The position numbers were made by a program, and so were the translations under genes. Positions 35,518 through 45,218 of a stretch of DNA of 51,699 bases are shown in pieces (position 1 is the first letter of the stretch; each line of letters opens with the position of its first letter). This stretch comes from an uncultured Chloroflexota bacterium (GTDB lineage Bacteria > Chloroflexota > Chloroflexia > Thermomicrobiales > UBA6265): positions 1-51,699 of the forward strand of contig CALMZR010000175.1 in NCBI GenBank assembly GCA_937870845.1, written 5' to 3'. The notes beneath the pieces were generated by a model. The model was not told the DNA's origin. It saw only the letters and a list, made by a program, of their open reading frames with translations, and did not search any database.

Positions 35518-35907
35518 ATGAACGCAAGGAAGCAGCAGAAACTGCGCAAGCAACTCGAGGAGCGCAAGGCCGACATCGAAAGCAATGTCGCGTACATGGC
35601 GGACGAAATTCGCTCGATCGGCGTCGACCAGGACGACGAGAACGGCAGTTTGGGCAACCATATCGCCGACGACGGGTCGAACGTCACCGAGGCCGAACGG
35701 TTGGTGACGATCAGCGAAGATTTTCAGAATCTGCTCGGGCAGATCGACGCGGCGCTGGAACGGATGGAAGATGGCACGTACGGGACATGCCTGCGCTGCG
35801 GCAAGCCGATCGGCGAAGAGCGTCTGGAAGCTTTTCCCTATGTCGCGTACTGCATCGAGTGCCAGTCGATCATCGAGCGCGAACAGGCGCTCCGTGCGGG
35901 CGCCTAG
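35518..35907 (+). CDS. TraR/DksA C4-zinc-finger protein (YteA-like)
   Basis: Coiled coil with NHIADDG tip, IDAALERMEDGTYGTCLRCG..IGEERLEAFP...CIEC. AGGAG RBS. Confidence 0.9.
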   Translation: MNARKQQKLRKQLEERKADIESNVAYMADEIRSIGVDQDDENGSLGNHIADDGSNVTEAERLVTISEDFQNLLGQIDAALERMEDGTYGTCLRCGKPIGEERLEAFPYVAYCIECQSIIEREQALRAGA

Positions 35908-36364
35908 CGCCGCGCTGCTCATTGCCGCGACCGCCGCAATCGTCCTCGGTTTCGACCAACTGACCAAGGCGGTCGCCGTCGACGCCATCGGGCCGGGGAG
36001 CGGGCTCTCTCGGGTTGAACTGGGAAGCCGCTGGATCGCGCTCGAGTACGCCGAGAACCGGGGTGCGGCTTTCGGACTCTTCTCCAATCTGACCCCAGTG
36101 CTGACCCTCGTGTCGGTCGCGATCCTGATCGGCGTGCTGGTTCATTTCTTCCGCACGGGGCTCCCAACGCTGGTCGGGGTGGCGAGTGTGGGGGCCATCG
36201 TCGGCGGCGCGCTCGGCAATCTGGTCGATCGGGTCAGGCTCGGGTATGTCGTCGATTTCGTGGCGGTCGGCCCCTGGCCAAATTTCAATGTGGCCGACAG
36301 TGCGATTACACTCGGGGTGCTTGGCCTGATCTGGGGTTGGGTTCGGCACGAGCATGAGACGTAG
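35894..36364 (+). CDS. lspA: Lipoprotein signal peptidase II
   Basis: DQLTK, NRGAAFGL, GGALGNLVDR, GYVVDF, FNVADSAI. Start approximate. Confidence 0.93.
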   Translation: MRAPSAALLIAATAAIVLGFDQLTKAVAVDAIGPGSGLSRVELGSRWIALEYAENRGAAFGLFSNLTPVLTLVSVAILIGVLVHFFRTGLPTLVGVASVGAIVGGALGNLVDRVRLGYVVDFVAVGPWPNFNVADSAITLGVLGLIWGWVRHEHET

Positions 36365-36403
36365 TGCTGTCAAAGGCTCGGAGCGCGTGTGGACGCCGAA
36401 TTC

Positions 36404-37351
36404 ATGAGTGAGAATGTCGAGAGCTTGGGGGAACCGGTCACGCTTCATCCCGAGCGCGCCGAGCAGGGCATGAGGCTGGATCGGTTCGTCGCAGACCGAT
36501 TGACCGACTTGAGCCGCGGCACAGTGCAGAAGCTCATCGACTCGGGCCACGTCCTGGTGGACGGGATAGCGCGAAAGCCGAAGTTTCGCATGACGCCGGG
36601 CGAGGTCGTCACCGTCGACGTGCCGCCACCGGCGCCCGACGAGATTCTTCCCGATCCTTTACCGCTCCGAATCGTTTACGAAGACGACGACATCATCGCC
36701 ATCGACAAGCCGGCGGGACTCGTCGTTCATCCTGCTCCGGGTCATCCCCGAGGGACGCTGGCGAATGCGCTCGTCGCGCACGTGCCCGGCATCTCGGTCG
36801 GCGGATCGAATCGGCCGGGGATCGTGCATCGCCTCGACAAGGACACCTCGGGGCTGATCGTGGCGGCAAAGACTGATCTCGGCCGCGGCGTCCTCTTGTC
36901 GCAATGGGCCGACAAATCGGTCGAGAAGATCTACATCGCACTGGTGTCTGGAGTTGTCGCGGAGAACGAAGCGACCATCGACGCGCCGATCGGCCGCGAC
37001 CAGCAGAACCGGCAACGCATGGGGGTCGTGCGCGGCGGCCGGCCGGCGCTGACGCATGTTCGCGTCCTGGAGCGATTTCCAGACGCGACGCTGCTGGAGG
37101 TCCAGATCGACACGGGGCGCACGCACCAAATCCGTGTTCACCTCGCGTTCATCGGTCACCCGGTCGTCGGCGATGCTGTCTACGGCCGGCCACGACCGGC
37201 CGATCCCGACCTCGATCGACAGTTCCTGCACGCCGCGGCGCTGGCTCTTGACCTTCCCGATGGCCGGCGCGTGCGCTGGACGTCGGCATTGCCGCCCGAT
37301 CTGGAGTCGGCGCTGCATGAGCTGCGCGACCGGCGTGAGCCGAGGTCATGA
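36404..37351 (+). CDS. rluD: RluA/RluD family pseudouridine synthase with S4 domain
   Basis: RLDRFV, DKPAGLVVHP, GIVHRLDKDTSGL, TGRTHQIRVH, GHPVVGD, QFLHA; follows lspA. Confidence 0.9.
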   Translation: MSENVESLGEPVTLHPERAEQGMRLDRFVADRLTDLSRGTVQKLIDSGHVLVDGIARKPKFRMTPGEVVTVDVPPPAPDEILPDPLPLRIVYEDDDIIAIDKPAGLVVHPAPGHPRGTLANALVAHVPGISVGGSNRPGIVHRLDKDTSGLIVAAKTDLGRGVLLSQWADKSVEKIYIALVSGVVAENEATIDAPIGRDQQNRQRMGVVRGGRPALTHVRVLERFPDATLLEVQIDTGRTHQIRVHLAFIGHPVVGDAVYGRPRPADPDLDRQFLHAAALALDLPDGRRVRWTSALPPDLESALHELRDRREPRS

Positions 37352-38703
37352 CTGATCCAACCTGTGCCGGCGCCGAAGTCGAAGCCGCGCGTGTTACCGC
37401 GCGGCGCTTGTTTGAGGCGGCGCTACGCGCGGTCAGTCCGGATCACGCCGTGCGCCGCGTCTTGCGCTGGGAAAACGATGCCCTGCACATCGACGGCCAC
37501 CGCATCTCCGCGCCGGGCGAGATCTTCGTCGTGGCAATCGGCAAGGCCGCGGTAGCCATGACCCGGGGCGCCCTTGAGGCGCTCGATACGCGAGTTGCGA
37601 GCGGCCACGTGATTACTAAAGAGGGTCACGTCGATTCCCTGCTGCCGCGTTCGATTTCCGTGTTTGAAGCAAGTCACCCCATCCCAGACGCGCGAGGCGA
37701 GCGAGCCACGCGGGTCTTGTTGGAGAGACTCGCCGCGCTCGGAGACGATGATGTCGTCCTCGCGCTGATCTCCGGGGGTGGGTCGGCTCTACTCGAAGCC
37801 CCGCGCGCCGGAGTCACCCTTGCGGACTTGGCCAGGGCGACCGACTTGCTGCTCCGCGCCGGCGCGCCCATCGACGCGCTGAATGCCGTGCGCGCTCCCC
37901 TGAGCCAAGTCAAGGCCGGCGGTCTTCGCGCCGCGGCGCCGCGGGCGACCTGGGCGACATTAATCCTCTCCGATGTCCTCGGCAACGACCCGAGAGTTAT
38001 CGCAAGCGGTCCCACGGTTCCGAACCAACCCGATGCTGCGCTCGCGCGGTCAATCGTCGACAAGTACGGTGTGCAGGACGAGCTGCCGCCTTCGATTGTG
38101 GCCGCGCTCGCGAACGGGGAGCCGCCCGCCGCTGCGATCAACGACGAGCGCGACGTGCTGGTTGTCATCGGCGACAATGCGGGGGCTGTGGAGGCGGCGG
38201 CCGCGGAGGCCAAGGATGCCGGCCTTGGCGTGGAGATCGTCTGGGCGGAGGTTGAAGGCGAGGCGTCAGAGCTTGGGAAATCCTTTGTGGACGAGTTGGT
38301 GAGCGCGCCTGAAGCGACGGACGTGCTTCTCGGCGGTGGCGAAGCGACCGTGAGGGTTCGCGGCGACGGCAGCGGCGGCCGCAACACGGAGTTTGCCCTG
38401 GCGGCGGCGCTCGAAATGGAGCGGCGAGGGGTGCGCGACTGGGTGATTGCCAGTCTTGCCACGGACGGGCAAGATGCCATGACCGGGCTGGCCGGGGCGA
38501 TCGCCGACGGGTGGACGTGTCAGCGGGCGCGCGAACGAGGCATCGATCCCGACGCCGCGCTTGCGCGAAACAACAGTGTCGCGGTCTTCGAGGCCGCGGG
38601 CGGCGCGGTGGAGACTGGACCTACCGGGACCAATGTCAACGATTTGTACATCGCCGTGCGGGTGAAAGACTCGGGCACGGGACACGTCGAGGGAGGGGGC
38701 TGA
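37348..38703 (+). CDS. Glycerate 2-kinase, MOFRL/DUF4147 family
   Basis: IGKAAVAM, ASHPIPD, LISGGGSAL, ILSDV.G...VIASGPT, GGEATV, GGRNTE, TDGQD, TGPTGTNVND. Confidence 0.92.
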   Translation: MTDPTCAGAEVEAARVTARRLFEAALRAVSPDHAVRRVLRWENDALHIDGHRISAPGEIFVVAIGKAAVAMTRGALEALDTRVASGHVITKEGHVDSLLPRSISVFEASHPIPDARGERATRVLLERLAALGDDDVVLALISGGGSALLEAPRAGVTLADLARATDLLLRAGAPIDALNAVRAPLSQVKAGGLRAAAPRATWATLILSDVLGNDPRVIASGPTVPNQPDAALARSIVDKYGVQDELPPSIVAALANGEPPAAAINDERDVLVVIGDNAGAVEAAAAEAKDAGLGVEIVWAEVEGEASELGKSFVDELVSAPEATDVLLGGGEATVRVRGDGSGGRNTEFALAAALEMERRGVRDWVIASLATDGQDAMTGLAGAIADGWTCQRARERGIDPDAALARNNSVAVFEAAGGAVETGPTGTNVNDLYIAVRVKDSGTGHVEGGG

Positions 38704-38705
38704 GC

Positions 38706-40433
38706 ATGCAAGGGGCGCGCGCACTGGTCGAGGTCCTGGCGGCGTCGGGCGTTCAGCACATCTTCGGTCTGCCGGGAGACACCGGAATGCCGTTCTACGA
38801 CGCGTTGCTCGACAAGCGGAGCGACATCGAGCACATCATGACGCGCGACGAGCGGTCGGCCTCGTTCATGGCCGACGTCTATGCCCGCGTCAGTGGACGC
38901 GTCGGCGTCTGCGAGGGCCCTAGCGGGGGTGGAGCAACGTACATTATCCCTGGAGTCGCAGAGGCGCAGGGGTCGGCGATCCCGCTGCTGTGTTTGACTT
39001 CGGATACACCCGTCAACCAGCAGGGTCGAGGCGTCCTCACCGAGCTGGACCAGGAGAGCCTGTTCCGCCCGGTGACCAAGTGGAACGCGCGGGTCAACTC
39101 CGCGGCGACGATGGCGGAGGCGACGCGGCGCGCGATCCGCATGGCCACGGGAGGGAGGCCGGGCGCCACGCACCTGGCGCTGCCGACAGACGCGCAGGAA
39201 GGGGAGACGCCGGACGACTCGGTGTACGGCGTGCCGGAATTCGGCAGCGCGCCCGCGATGCGCACGCGGCCCGATCAGGCGCTGATCGAGCGTGCCGCGG
39301 CAGCGTTGGCGGCGGCGGAGCGGCCGGCAATCATCGCGGGCGGCGGCGTGCTGACCTCTGGGGCCTGGGACGAGCTAACGGCGCTGGCCGAGTCGCTCAA
39401 CGTGCCGGTGGCGACCTCGATCAACGGCAAGGGGAGCATCGCCGAAACGAGCGATGTCTCCATCGGGGTGATCGGCGGCAATGGGGCGAGGCCGTATGCG
39501 AACGCCTGCATCGCTGAGGCGGACCTGATCGTCTACGTCGGATCGCGCACGGATTCGACCACGACCTGCCATTGGACGCTGCCGCCGCAGGCGAATCCGC
39601 CGGACGTTATCCAGATCGACGTCGAGCCGTTCGAGGTCGGGAACAACTACCCGGTCATCGTGGGCCTGGTAGGCGACGCGAAGCTGACGCTGGAGGCGAT
39701 GCTGGAAGCGGTCAGCCGGCCCGCCGCCGTCGCATCGCGCAACCGCGCCCACATCGAGGAGCTGGGGCAGCGGCGTTGCGCCTACTGGGAGGAAGTCGAG
39801 CGGCAGGCGGCTATCCGAAGCCGACCGATCAAGCCGGCGCAGGTGGTCAAGGCGATGCGGGGCGCGCTCGGCGACGAGACGATCATTGTCGCCGATCCGG
39901 GGACGCCGACGCCGTTCCTGAGCGCCCAGTACGAGCTGCGGCGAGCGGGAAGAACGACGGTCATCCCGCGCGCCCACGGTGGACTTGGATACGCGATCCC
40001 TGGCGTGGTCGGCGCGTGCTACGCCGCCGAGGGACGCCGCGTTGTGGGGATGACGGGGGACGGCAGCTTCGGCATGTCGGTTGGGGAGCTGGAGACGATC
40101 ACGCGGCTGGGGCTGCCGGTCGTCGTCATTCAGTGCTCGAACGGCACGTTCGGCTGGATCAAGGAGTTGCAGCACCTCTACCATGGGGACCGCTTTTTCG
40201 GGGTCGATTTCAATCCGGTCGACTACGCGGCGATCGCGCGCGGATTTGGCTTCCGAGCCGCTCAGGTGACGGAGCCGGATGACGTGGAGCGCGCCATCCG
40301 CGACGCGCTCGCGGACGGCGGACCCTATTTCCTCGACGTGGTGACGGAATCGCCGGTGACGGAGACTCCGCCGGTTGCGGCGTGGACGGCGGCGGAGATG
40401 GCACGAGCCGCCGCGGCGGGAGCGCGGCGATGA
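38706..40433 (+). CDS. Thiamine pyrophosphate-binding enzyme (acetolactate synthase-like)
   Basis: IFGLPG, RDERSASFMAD.YAR, GPSGGGA, GGLGYAIP, GDGSFGM...N TPP motif. Start ATG 38706. Confidence 0.9.
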   Translation: MQGARALVEVLAASGVQHIFGLPGDTGMPFYDALLDKRSDIEHIMTRDERSASFMADVYARVSGRVGVCEGPSGGGATYIIPGVAEAQGSAIPLLCLTSDTPVNQQGRGVLTELDQESLFRPVTKWNARVNSAATMAEATRRAIRMATGGRPGATHLALPTDAQEGETPDDSVYGVPEFGSAPAMRTRPDQALIERAAAALAAAERPAIIAGGGVLTSGAWDELTALAESLNVPVATSINGKGSIAETSDVSIGVIGGNGARPYANACIAEADLIVYVGSRTDSTTTCHWTLPPQANPPDVIQIDVEPFEVGNNYPVIVGLVGDAKLTLEAMLEAVSRPAAVASRNRAHIEELGQRRCAYWEEVERQAAIRSRPIKPAQVVKAMRGALGDETIIVADPGTPTPFLSAQYELRRAGRTTVIPRAHGGLGYAIPGVVGACYAAEGRRVVGMTGDGSFGMSVGELETITRLGLPVVVIQCSNGTFGWIKELQHLYHGDRFFGVDFNPVDYAAIARGFGFRAAQVTEPDDVERAIRDALADGGPYFLDVVTESPVTETPPVAAWTAAEMARAAAAGARR

Positions 40434-41389
40434 GCGCCATCCCGGTCATCATGGACGTCGACACGGGGACCGACGACGCGTTGGCGCTGGCGTACGCGGT
40501 GTGCTCGCCCAAGCTCGATCTCCTGGCGGCCACGACGGTTGCAGGCAACGTCGGCATCGAGCGGGCGACGGTCAACACGCTGGCGGTGCTGGACTGGCTG
40601 GGCGCCAAGAATGTGCCTGTGCATCGCGGGGCAAGCCGGCCGCTGGTGCGGCGGCATCTCGACGCCGCCGGATTTCATCACGAGGGCGGCCTGGGGGGCG
40701 CCAGGATTCCCGATTCGAAGCGCCAGCTTGGCGGCGATCGTGGGCCGGCGGCCATCGTTCGCATGGCGAATGCGCGGCCAGGGGAAATCACGCTGATTGC
40801 CCTCGGTCCGCTGACCAACGTCGCCATTGCGCTCAACGTCGAGCCGCGCCTGCCGGAGCTGCTGAATGGCGTGGTGCTGATGGGTGGCGCTTTCACCGTC
40901 CCGGGCAACACGATGCCGGACGGGAGCGTCAAGGGACCGGGGGAGGCGGCGCCGACGGCCGAGTTCAATATCATCGTCGATCCGGAGGCTGCCGAGCAGG
41001 TCTTCGCCGCTCCGTTCAAGCGACTGACAGCGATTGGTCTCGACGTCACTAATCAGGTGGCGCTGACGAGCGAGGACTGGGACGCGGTCAACACCGCCGC
41101 CGATCTAGAGGCGCCAGCGGCGCTGTTGCGCGAGATCGGGGGGCACGCCTTCGGCACACTGGCGCGGGAGCGGTTCGCGCTGCACGATCCGCTCGCGGCC
41201 GCGGTTGCCGCCGATCACGGTTTGGTCGGGACCGAATTGGCCTCGGTGGCCGTGGATACTAGAGGCGCCGAGATCGGCCGGACGCGGATGGACGGCCCTG
41301 GGCAGGTGGAGGTGGCGTTGCACGTTGATCGGGAGCGGGCCCTCCATGAGTTTCGCAGCACGTTGGGGTTGCCAACGGCGACGAATTAG
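40430..41389 (+). CDS. Nucleoside hydrolase (IU-NH family)
   Basis: DVDTGTDD, TVAGNV, LGPLTNVA, MGGA, AEFN...DPEAA, GLDVT, LHDP; ATGA overlap with the TPP gene. Confidence 0.93.
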   Translation: MSAIPVIMDVDTGTDDALALAYAVCSPKLDLLAATTVAGNVGIERATVNTLAVLDWLGAKNVPVHRGASRPLVRRHLDAAGFHHEGGLGGARIPDSKRQLGGDRGPAAIVRMANARPGEITLIALGPLTNVAIALNVEPRLPELLNGVVLMGGAFTVPGNTMPDGSVKGPGEAAPTAEFNIIVDPEAAEQVFAAPFKRLTAIGLDVTNQVALTSEDWDAVNTAADLEAPAALLREIGGHAFGTLARERFALHDPLAAAVAADHGLVGTELASVAVDTRGAEIGRTRMDGPGQVEVALHVDRERALHEFRSTLGLPTATN

Positions 41390-41523
41390 CGCCTCCCGCG
41401 GCAAGTTGCGAGGGCGCTGCACTGGCGCGTGCCGGCGCCAGCGCGAATGTGGTATTCAATGTGCTGTCAGGTTGTCGCCCCATGGGCGCGACGCGCCGTC
41501 GCCGTGAGAACGGAGAGGCGAGG

Positions 41524-42111
41524 ATGACCGAGCACGAGTCCCTCATCGAGCAGGCTCCGATTCAGGATCGCGATCTCCTGCAGCGGATGAGTCTGTACTT
41601 CGATGCCGTGGAGCACCGGCTGCGCCTGGGCGAAGGATGGCTGATCTTCAACGCCGGGCATCGCCGCTCGCGGCGCATCGCCGGATTCATCCAGCACCGG
41701 CTGACCGAGCATCATCCCCCGGTTTCCTATTTCGTCATGCCGTGGCGCGATTTTGCGCTCAGCGCGTTCGTCACCGATGTCGGGATGCCCAGCCTCGTGC
41801 CGGCCGTGGCCACCGACGATCGTGCCCGGGCCGAGTTCGACCTCGCCGCACGGGTCACCTCGTCGACCTGGACCAGGATGCTGAGCACCGATCTGCTGGT
41901 CATGGTCGGTTGCAAGCCGACAGAACGGCGCGAGGCCGAGTTGCTCGACCGCACGCTGGCCAACCGACACTCGCAGCGTTTGGCGACCATCCTCATGACG
42001 CCGGACATGCCCGGCCAGCTCGAAGCGGAGTTGCAGATCGTCGACCCCAACGGACGGTATTGGGATAGCATCTTCGGCCGCATGTATGAGACCGGGCTGG
42101 TGGCGATGTAG
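41524..42111 (+). CDS. Hypothetical protein with degenerate DnaC/IstB-like AAA+ architecture
   Basis: GGAGAGG RBS before ATG 41524; DLLVM, ELLDRTLANRHSQRLATILMT and SIFGRMYE resemble DnaC/IstB segments, but there is no GKT or DD. The CDS is well supported; the family call is less so. Confidence 0.6.
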   Translation: MTEHESLIEQAPIQDRDLLQRMSLYFDAVEHRLRLGEGWLIFNAGHRRSRRIAGFIQHRLTEHHPPVSYFVMPWRDFALSAFVTDVGMPSLVPAVATDDRARAEFDLAARVTSSTWTRMLSTDLLVMVGCKPTERREAELLDRTLANRHSQRLATILMTPDMPGQLEAELQIVDPNGRYWDSIFGRMYETGLVAM

Positions 42112-42125
42112 GCCGCCGCCTCGGG

Positions 42126-43115
42126 TCAGGTCGACCGGTCGCAAACGAAGTCCGCGACTTCCTCCAGCAACTCGCGCGTTTCCGGATCCGAAGCGGAGGC
42201 GGCATGCACTCTGGCTCGCGTGCAGAACCGCTGGGCCTCATCCATTGCCGCATCCAGCGCTCCGGAAGCGCGAACCTCCCGCACGACGGAGGCGATGTCT
42301 CCTGGGTCGTCGAGGTCGCCGGCGACCACGTCCCTGAGCCGGCTCATGGCGGTGGACGATTCGGTCAGGCCCGACGCATAGATCATGGTTGGCAGCGTCA
42401 CCGTGCCCTGGGTGAGGTCGTGGCCCGCCGGCTTGCCGAGCTGCTGCGTGCCCTCCCGAAAGTCGAGCACGTCGTCGACGATCTGGAACGCCATGCCCAC
42501 GTCCGCGCCATAGCGGCGGAGGGATTGCACTGCCTCCTCGGGCGCGTTGCCGAGGATGGCGCCCATCTCGGCGGCCCCGGCGAACAATGACGCGGTCTTG
42601 CCGAAGATGCGCTGCTCGTACTCCTCCCGCGTCTGGTCGAGGCGATGGGCGACGAACATCTCGCGCAATTGGCCGTCGCAGATGTCCGCCAGGGTGGAGG
42701 CGAAGATGCTGACGACTCTAGGGCGTTCAGTCGCGGCGGCGAGCATGGCGGATTGGGCAAAGAGGTAATCGCCCAAGAGAATGACGGCCCCGGAGGAGAG
42801 CACGCTGTTGAGCGTGGGCCGGCCGCGGCGCAGCGCGGCGCGATCGACGGTGTCATCGTGGACCAGCGATGCCGTGTGCAGCAACTCGACGCCGGCGCCG
42901 GCCGTGATCAGCAGATCGCGGTCGAAATCGAAGGAGCGGGCGGCCAGAAGCAGGACGAGCGGTCGCAAGCGTTTACCACCAGCCCGCACCAAGCCAAGCA
43001 CGAGATCCGCCACCGCAGGAAAATCGACTTGGGCCGATTCCTCCAGGCGCGCCTCTACTCGTTGCAGTTCCGGGCGCATGTCGGCGAACACGTCGCGCGT
43101 CCGGATATTCACCAT
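42126..43115 (-). CDS. Polyprenyl diphosphate synthase (HepT/IspB-like)
   Basis: GGKRLRP, ELLHTASLVHDDTVD..LRRG, GKTASLF, FQIVDDVLD, GKPAGHDL. Confidence 0.95.
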   Translation of the reverse strand: MVNIRTRDVFADMRPELQRVEARLEESAQVDFPAVADLVLGLVRAGGKRLRPLVLLLAARSFDFDRDLLITAGAGVELLHTASLVHDDTVDRAALRRGRPTLNSVLSSGAVILLGDYLFAQSAMLAAATERPRVVSIFASTLADICDGQLREMFVAHRLDQTREEYEQRIFGKTASLFAGAAEMGAILGNAPEEAVQSLRRYGADVGMAFQIVDDVLDFREGTQQLGKPAGHDLTQGTVTLPTMIYASGLTESSTAMSRLRDVVAGDLDDPGDIASVVREVRASGALDAAMDEAQRFCTRARVHAASASDPETRELLEEVADFVCDRST

Positions 43116-43355
43116 CGTTCACCCCGGGACGCGCCGTGGCGCTCGATCATTGACGATCGGTCGGATTCGCCCAATCCCGAGTATAGAGTGCCCACTCTGG
43201 CCCAACCAACGGGAGCGGCCGGGCCAGGACCCTGTGCTACACTCGCGACGCGCGAACCCCGTTGTACCACGGGGCGGCCTGAACGCGCTTCTGAGGTCGG
43301 AGGGTCATACGCCACATGGGTGGCGTGGCCGGGTCAGCACCGCACAGGCGTCTGC

Positions 43356-45218
43356 ATGCAAGCGAGACAACCGACGGTTCGATTTGGCCGCGCCGCATCG
43401 CGGGCGCCGCACGGAACTCTTGCAGGTCCGCGGATCAGAAGCTCATCGCGGCCAACTCGGCTGTGGAACTCCGTCACCTGGCCGCTGAGTATCGGGATGT
43501 TCGCCATCCCACTCGCCCTCGCGCTCCTCACCGTGGCGATGCCGCGGTTTTCGGCGCCTTCAGAGGTCGCTATCCGCGTTGTGGACCGCTACTCGGGAGA
43601 GCCAGTCGCGGGGGCGGAGATCTCGCTCGACAACGCGGTGCTTGTAGTCGGCGCGGACGGATCCGCCGCGGCGCCTACCCGTGAGGAGAGTACGGCGCTC
43701 ACGATTCGGGCTCCGGGGTACGAGGCGGTGACGACAACCTTGTCTCGGGGCGGGCCAGCAGAGTGGCAGGTTGCGCTCCGCCCAACGACACTGCAAGGCA
43801 CGCTCTCGGACGCCGCGAACGCTCAGGGCATCGCGGGCGCGACCGTCGCCATCGTCGCGCCCGACGGCGCCGAGTTATTGACGACGACGGACGCAGAAGG
43901 AAAGTACGTCTTCGACGCTGTACCGGAAGGGGCAGTGGTCAGATTCGCGTCAACCGATCACGGGGTGGTCGAGGAGGCCGTCGGGCAGCGCACGGCTATC
44001 GATGTGTCCCTGACGTCTACGGTGGTGACTGGAAGGGTAACGGACGCGGTCGGGCAACCGCTTGCCGGAGCGCGCATTGTTGCCTCGAACGGCAGCGCCG
44101 AAACGGCGACCGACGCTCAGGGCGCGTTTCGGCTGACCGGTGGGACGGATGTGGGAGAGGTCGTCGTTTCGGCCCCGGGATTCGCCCAGCAGACAGTGGC
44201 CGTGGGCGCAAACCGGGAGGTTTCCGCGGCCCTCCAGGTCGAAATGATTCGCGCGGTCTATGCCAATCTCGGCGTGCTAAGCGATCCGGAGCGTTGGAAC
44301 AGGTTGCTCGAGATTGCCGAGACGACGGAAATCAACGCCATCGTCGTCGACGTCAAGCAAGACACGATCTATTACGACACGCAGGTGCCCTTCTTCCGCG
44401 ACATCGAGGGGATGGTGACGCCGATCTACGATCCGACTGAGCTGTTGGCGCAGATGGAGGAGCGGGGCATCTACTCCATCGCGCGGATGGTCGTGTTCAA
44501 GGATCCGGTCGTTGCCGAGGGCCGGCCCGACCTGGCGGTGGGCGACGATGTCACCGGAGGCCTGTGGCTCGACATGAACGGCACGCCGTGGGTAAACGCG
44601 TTCAATCAGGAGCTGTGGGTCGCCAACGCCGACCTCGGAGCCGAATTGGCGCAATTGGGATTTGACGAGGTCCAGTACGACTACATCCGGTTTCCGTCCG
44701 ATGGCGATTTGCGCACCGCCGACTTCGGAATGGAGTACACCGAAGCCAACCGGCGCGCGGCGATCACCGGCGCCGTGGCGCTCGGGAGTGAGAAGGTTCG
44801 CGCCGCGGGCGCCCAATTCGCCATCGACCTGTTTCCGATCATCGCACTCTTGGGGGATGACCAGGGGATCGGCCAGACGCTGCAGGACCTGACCCCGCTG
44901 GCCGACTATGTTTGCTTGATGATCTATCCCTCGCATTACATCGAAGGCAACATCCCCGGGGTCGATGGTCATCCCAACGATTTCCCCGCCGAGACCGTGA
45001 CCTACACCCTTGAGCGGTCCCAGGAGTTCGTGCCCGGCACCATGAACAAAATGCGGCCGTGGCTACAGGACTTCACGTACCCCCTGGAGGGGTACTCCGA
45101 GTACGGGCCGGCCGAAGTACGGGCGCAAATCGACGCCGCCGAGGCTATGGGCGTCAGCGGCTGGTTGCTCTGGAATGCCGCCGGGGTGTTCGAAGTCGAA
45201 GCCCTGGCCCCGGAATGA
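43356..45218 (+). CDS. Membrane-anchored putative glycoside hydrolase (DUF4015-like) with carboxypeptidase-regulatory-like repeats
   Basis: One TM helix; three repeats of the type G.V.D..G.P.AGA.I...T..DG.F; then INAIVVDVK, IARMVVFKDP, GFDEVQYDYIRFP, IGQ, MIYPSHY, RPWLQDF, WLLWN. Start uncertain. Confidence 0.8.
   Translation: MQARQPTVRFGRAASRAPHGTLAGPRIRSSSRPTRLWNSVTWPLSIGMFAIPLALALLTVAMPRFSAPSEVAIRVVDRYSGEPVAGAEISLDNAVLVVGADGSAAAPTREESTALTIRAPGYEAVTTTLSRGGPAEWQVALRPTTLQGTLSDAANAQGIAGATVAIVAPDGAELLTTTDAEGKYVFDAVPEGAVVRFASTDHGVVEEAVGQRTAIDVSLTSTVVTGRVTDAVGQPLAGARIVASNGSAETATDAQGAFRLTGGTDVGEVVVSAPGFAQQTVAVGANREVSAALQVEMIRAVYANLGVLSDPERWNRLLEIAETTEINAIVVDVKQDTIYYDTQVPFFRDIEGMVTPIYDPTELLAQMEERGIYSIARMVVFKDPVVAEGRPDLAVGDDVTGGLWLDMNGTPWVNAFNQELWVANADLGAELAQLGFDEVQYDYIRFPSDGDLRTADFGMEYTEANRRAAITGAVALGSEKVRAAGAQFAIDLFPIIALLGDDQGIGQTLQDLTPLADYVCLMIYPSHYIEGNIPGVDGHPNDFPAETVTYTLERSQEFVPGTMNKMRPWLQDFTYPLEGYSEYGPAEVRAQIDAAEAMGVSGWLLWNAAGVFEVEALAPE

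Noticed and set aside
38706-40433. Calling the TPP enzyme gcl or ilvB
   Set aside because: It retains the Glu that Gcl lacks, and there is no ilvN/ilvC context.
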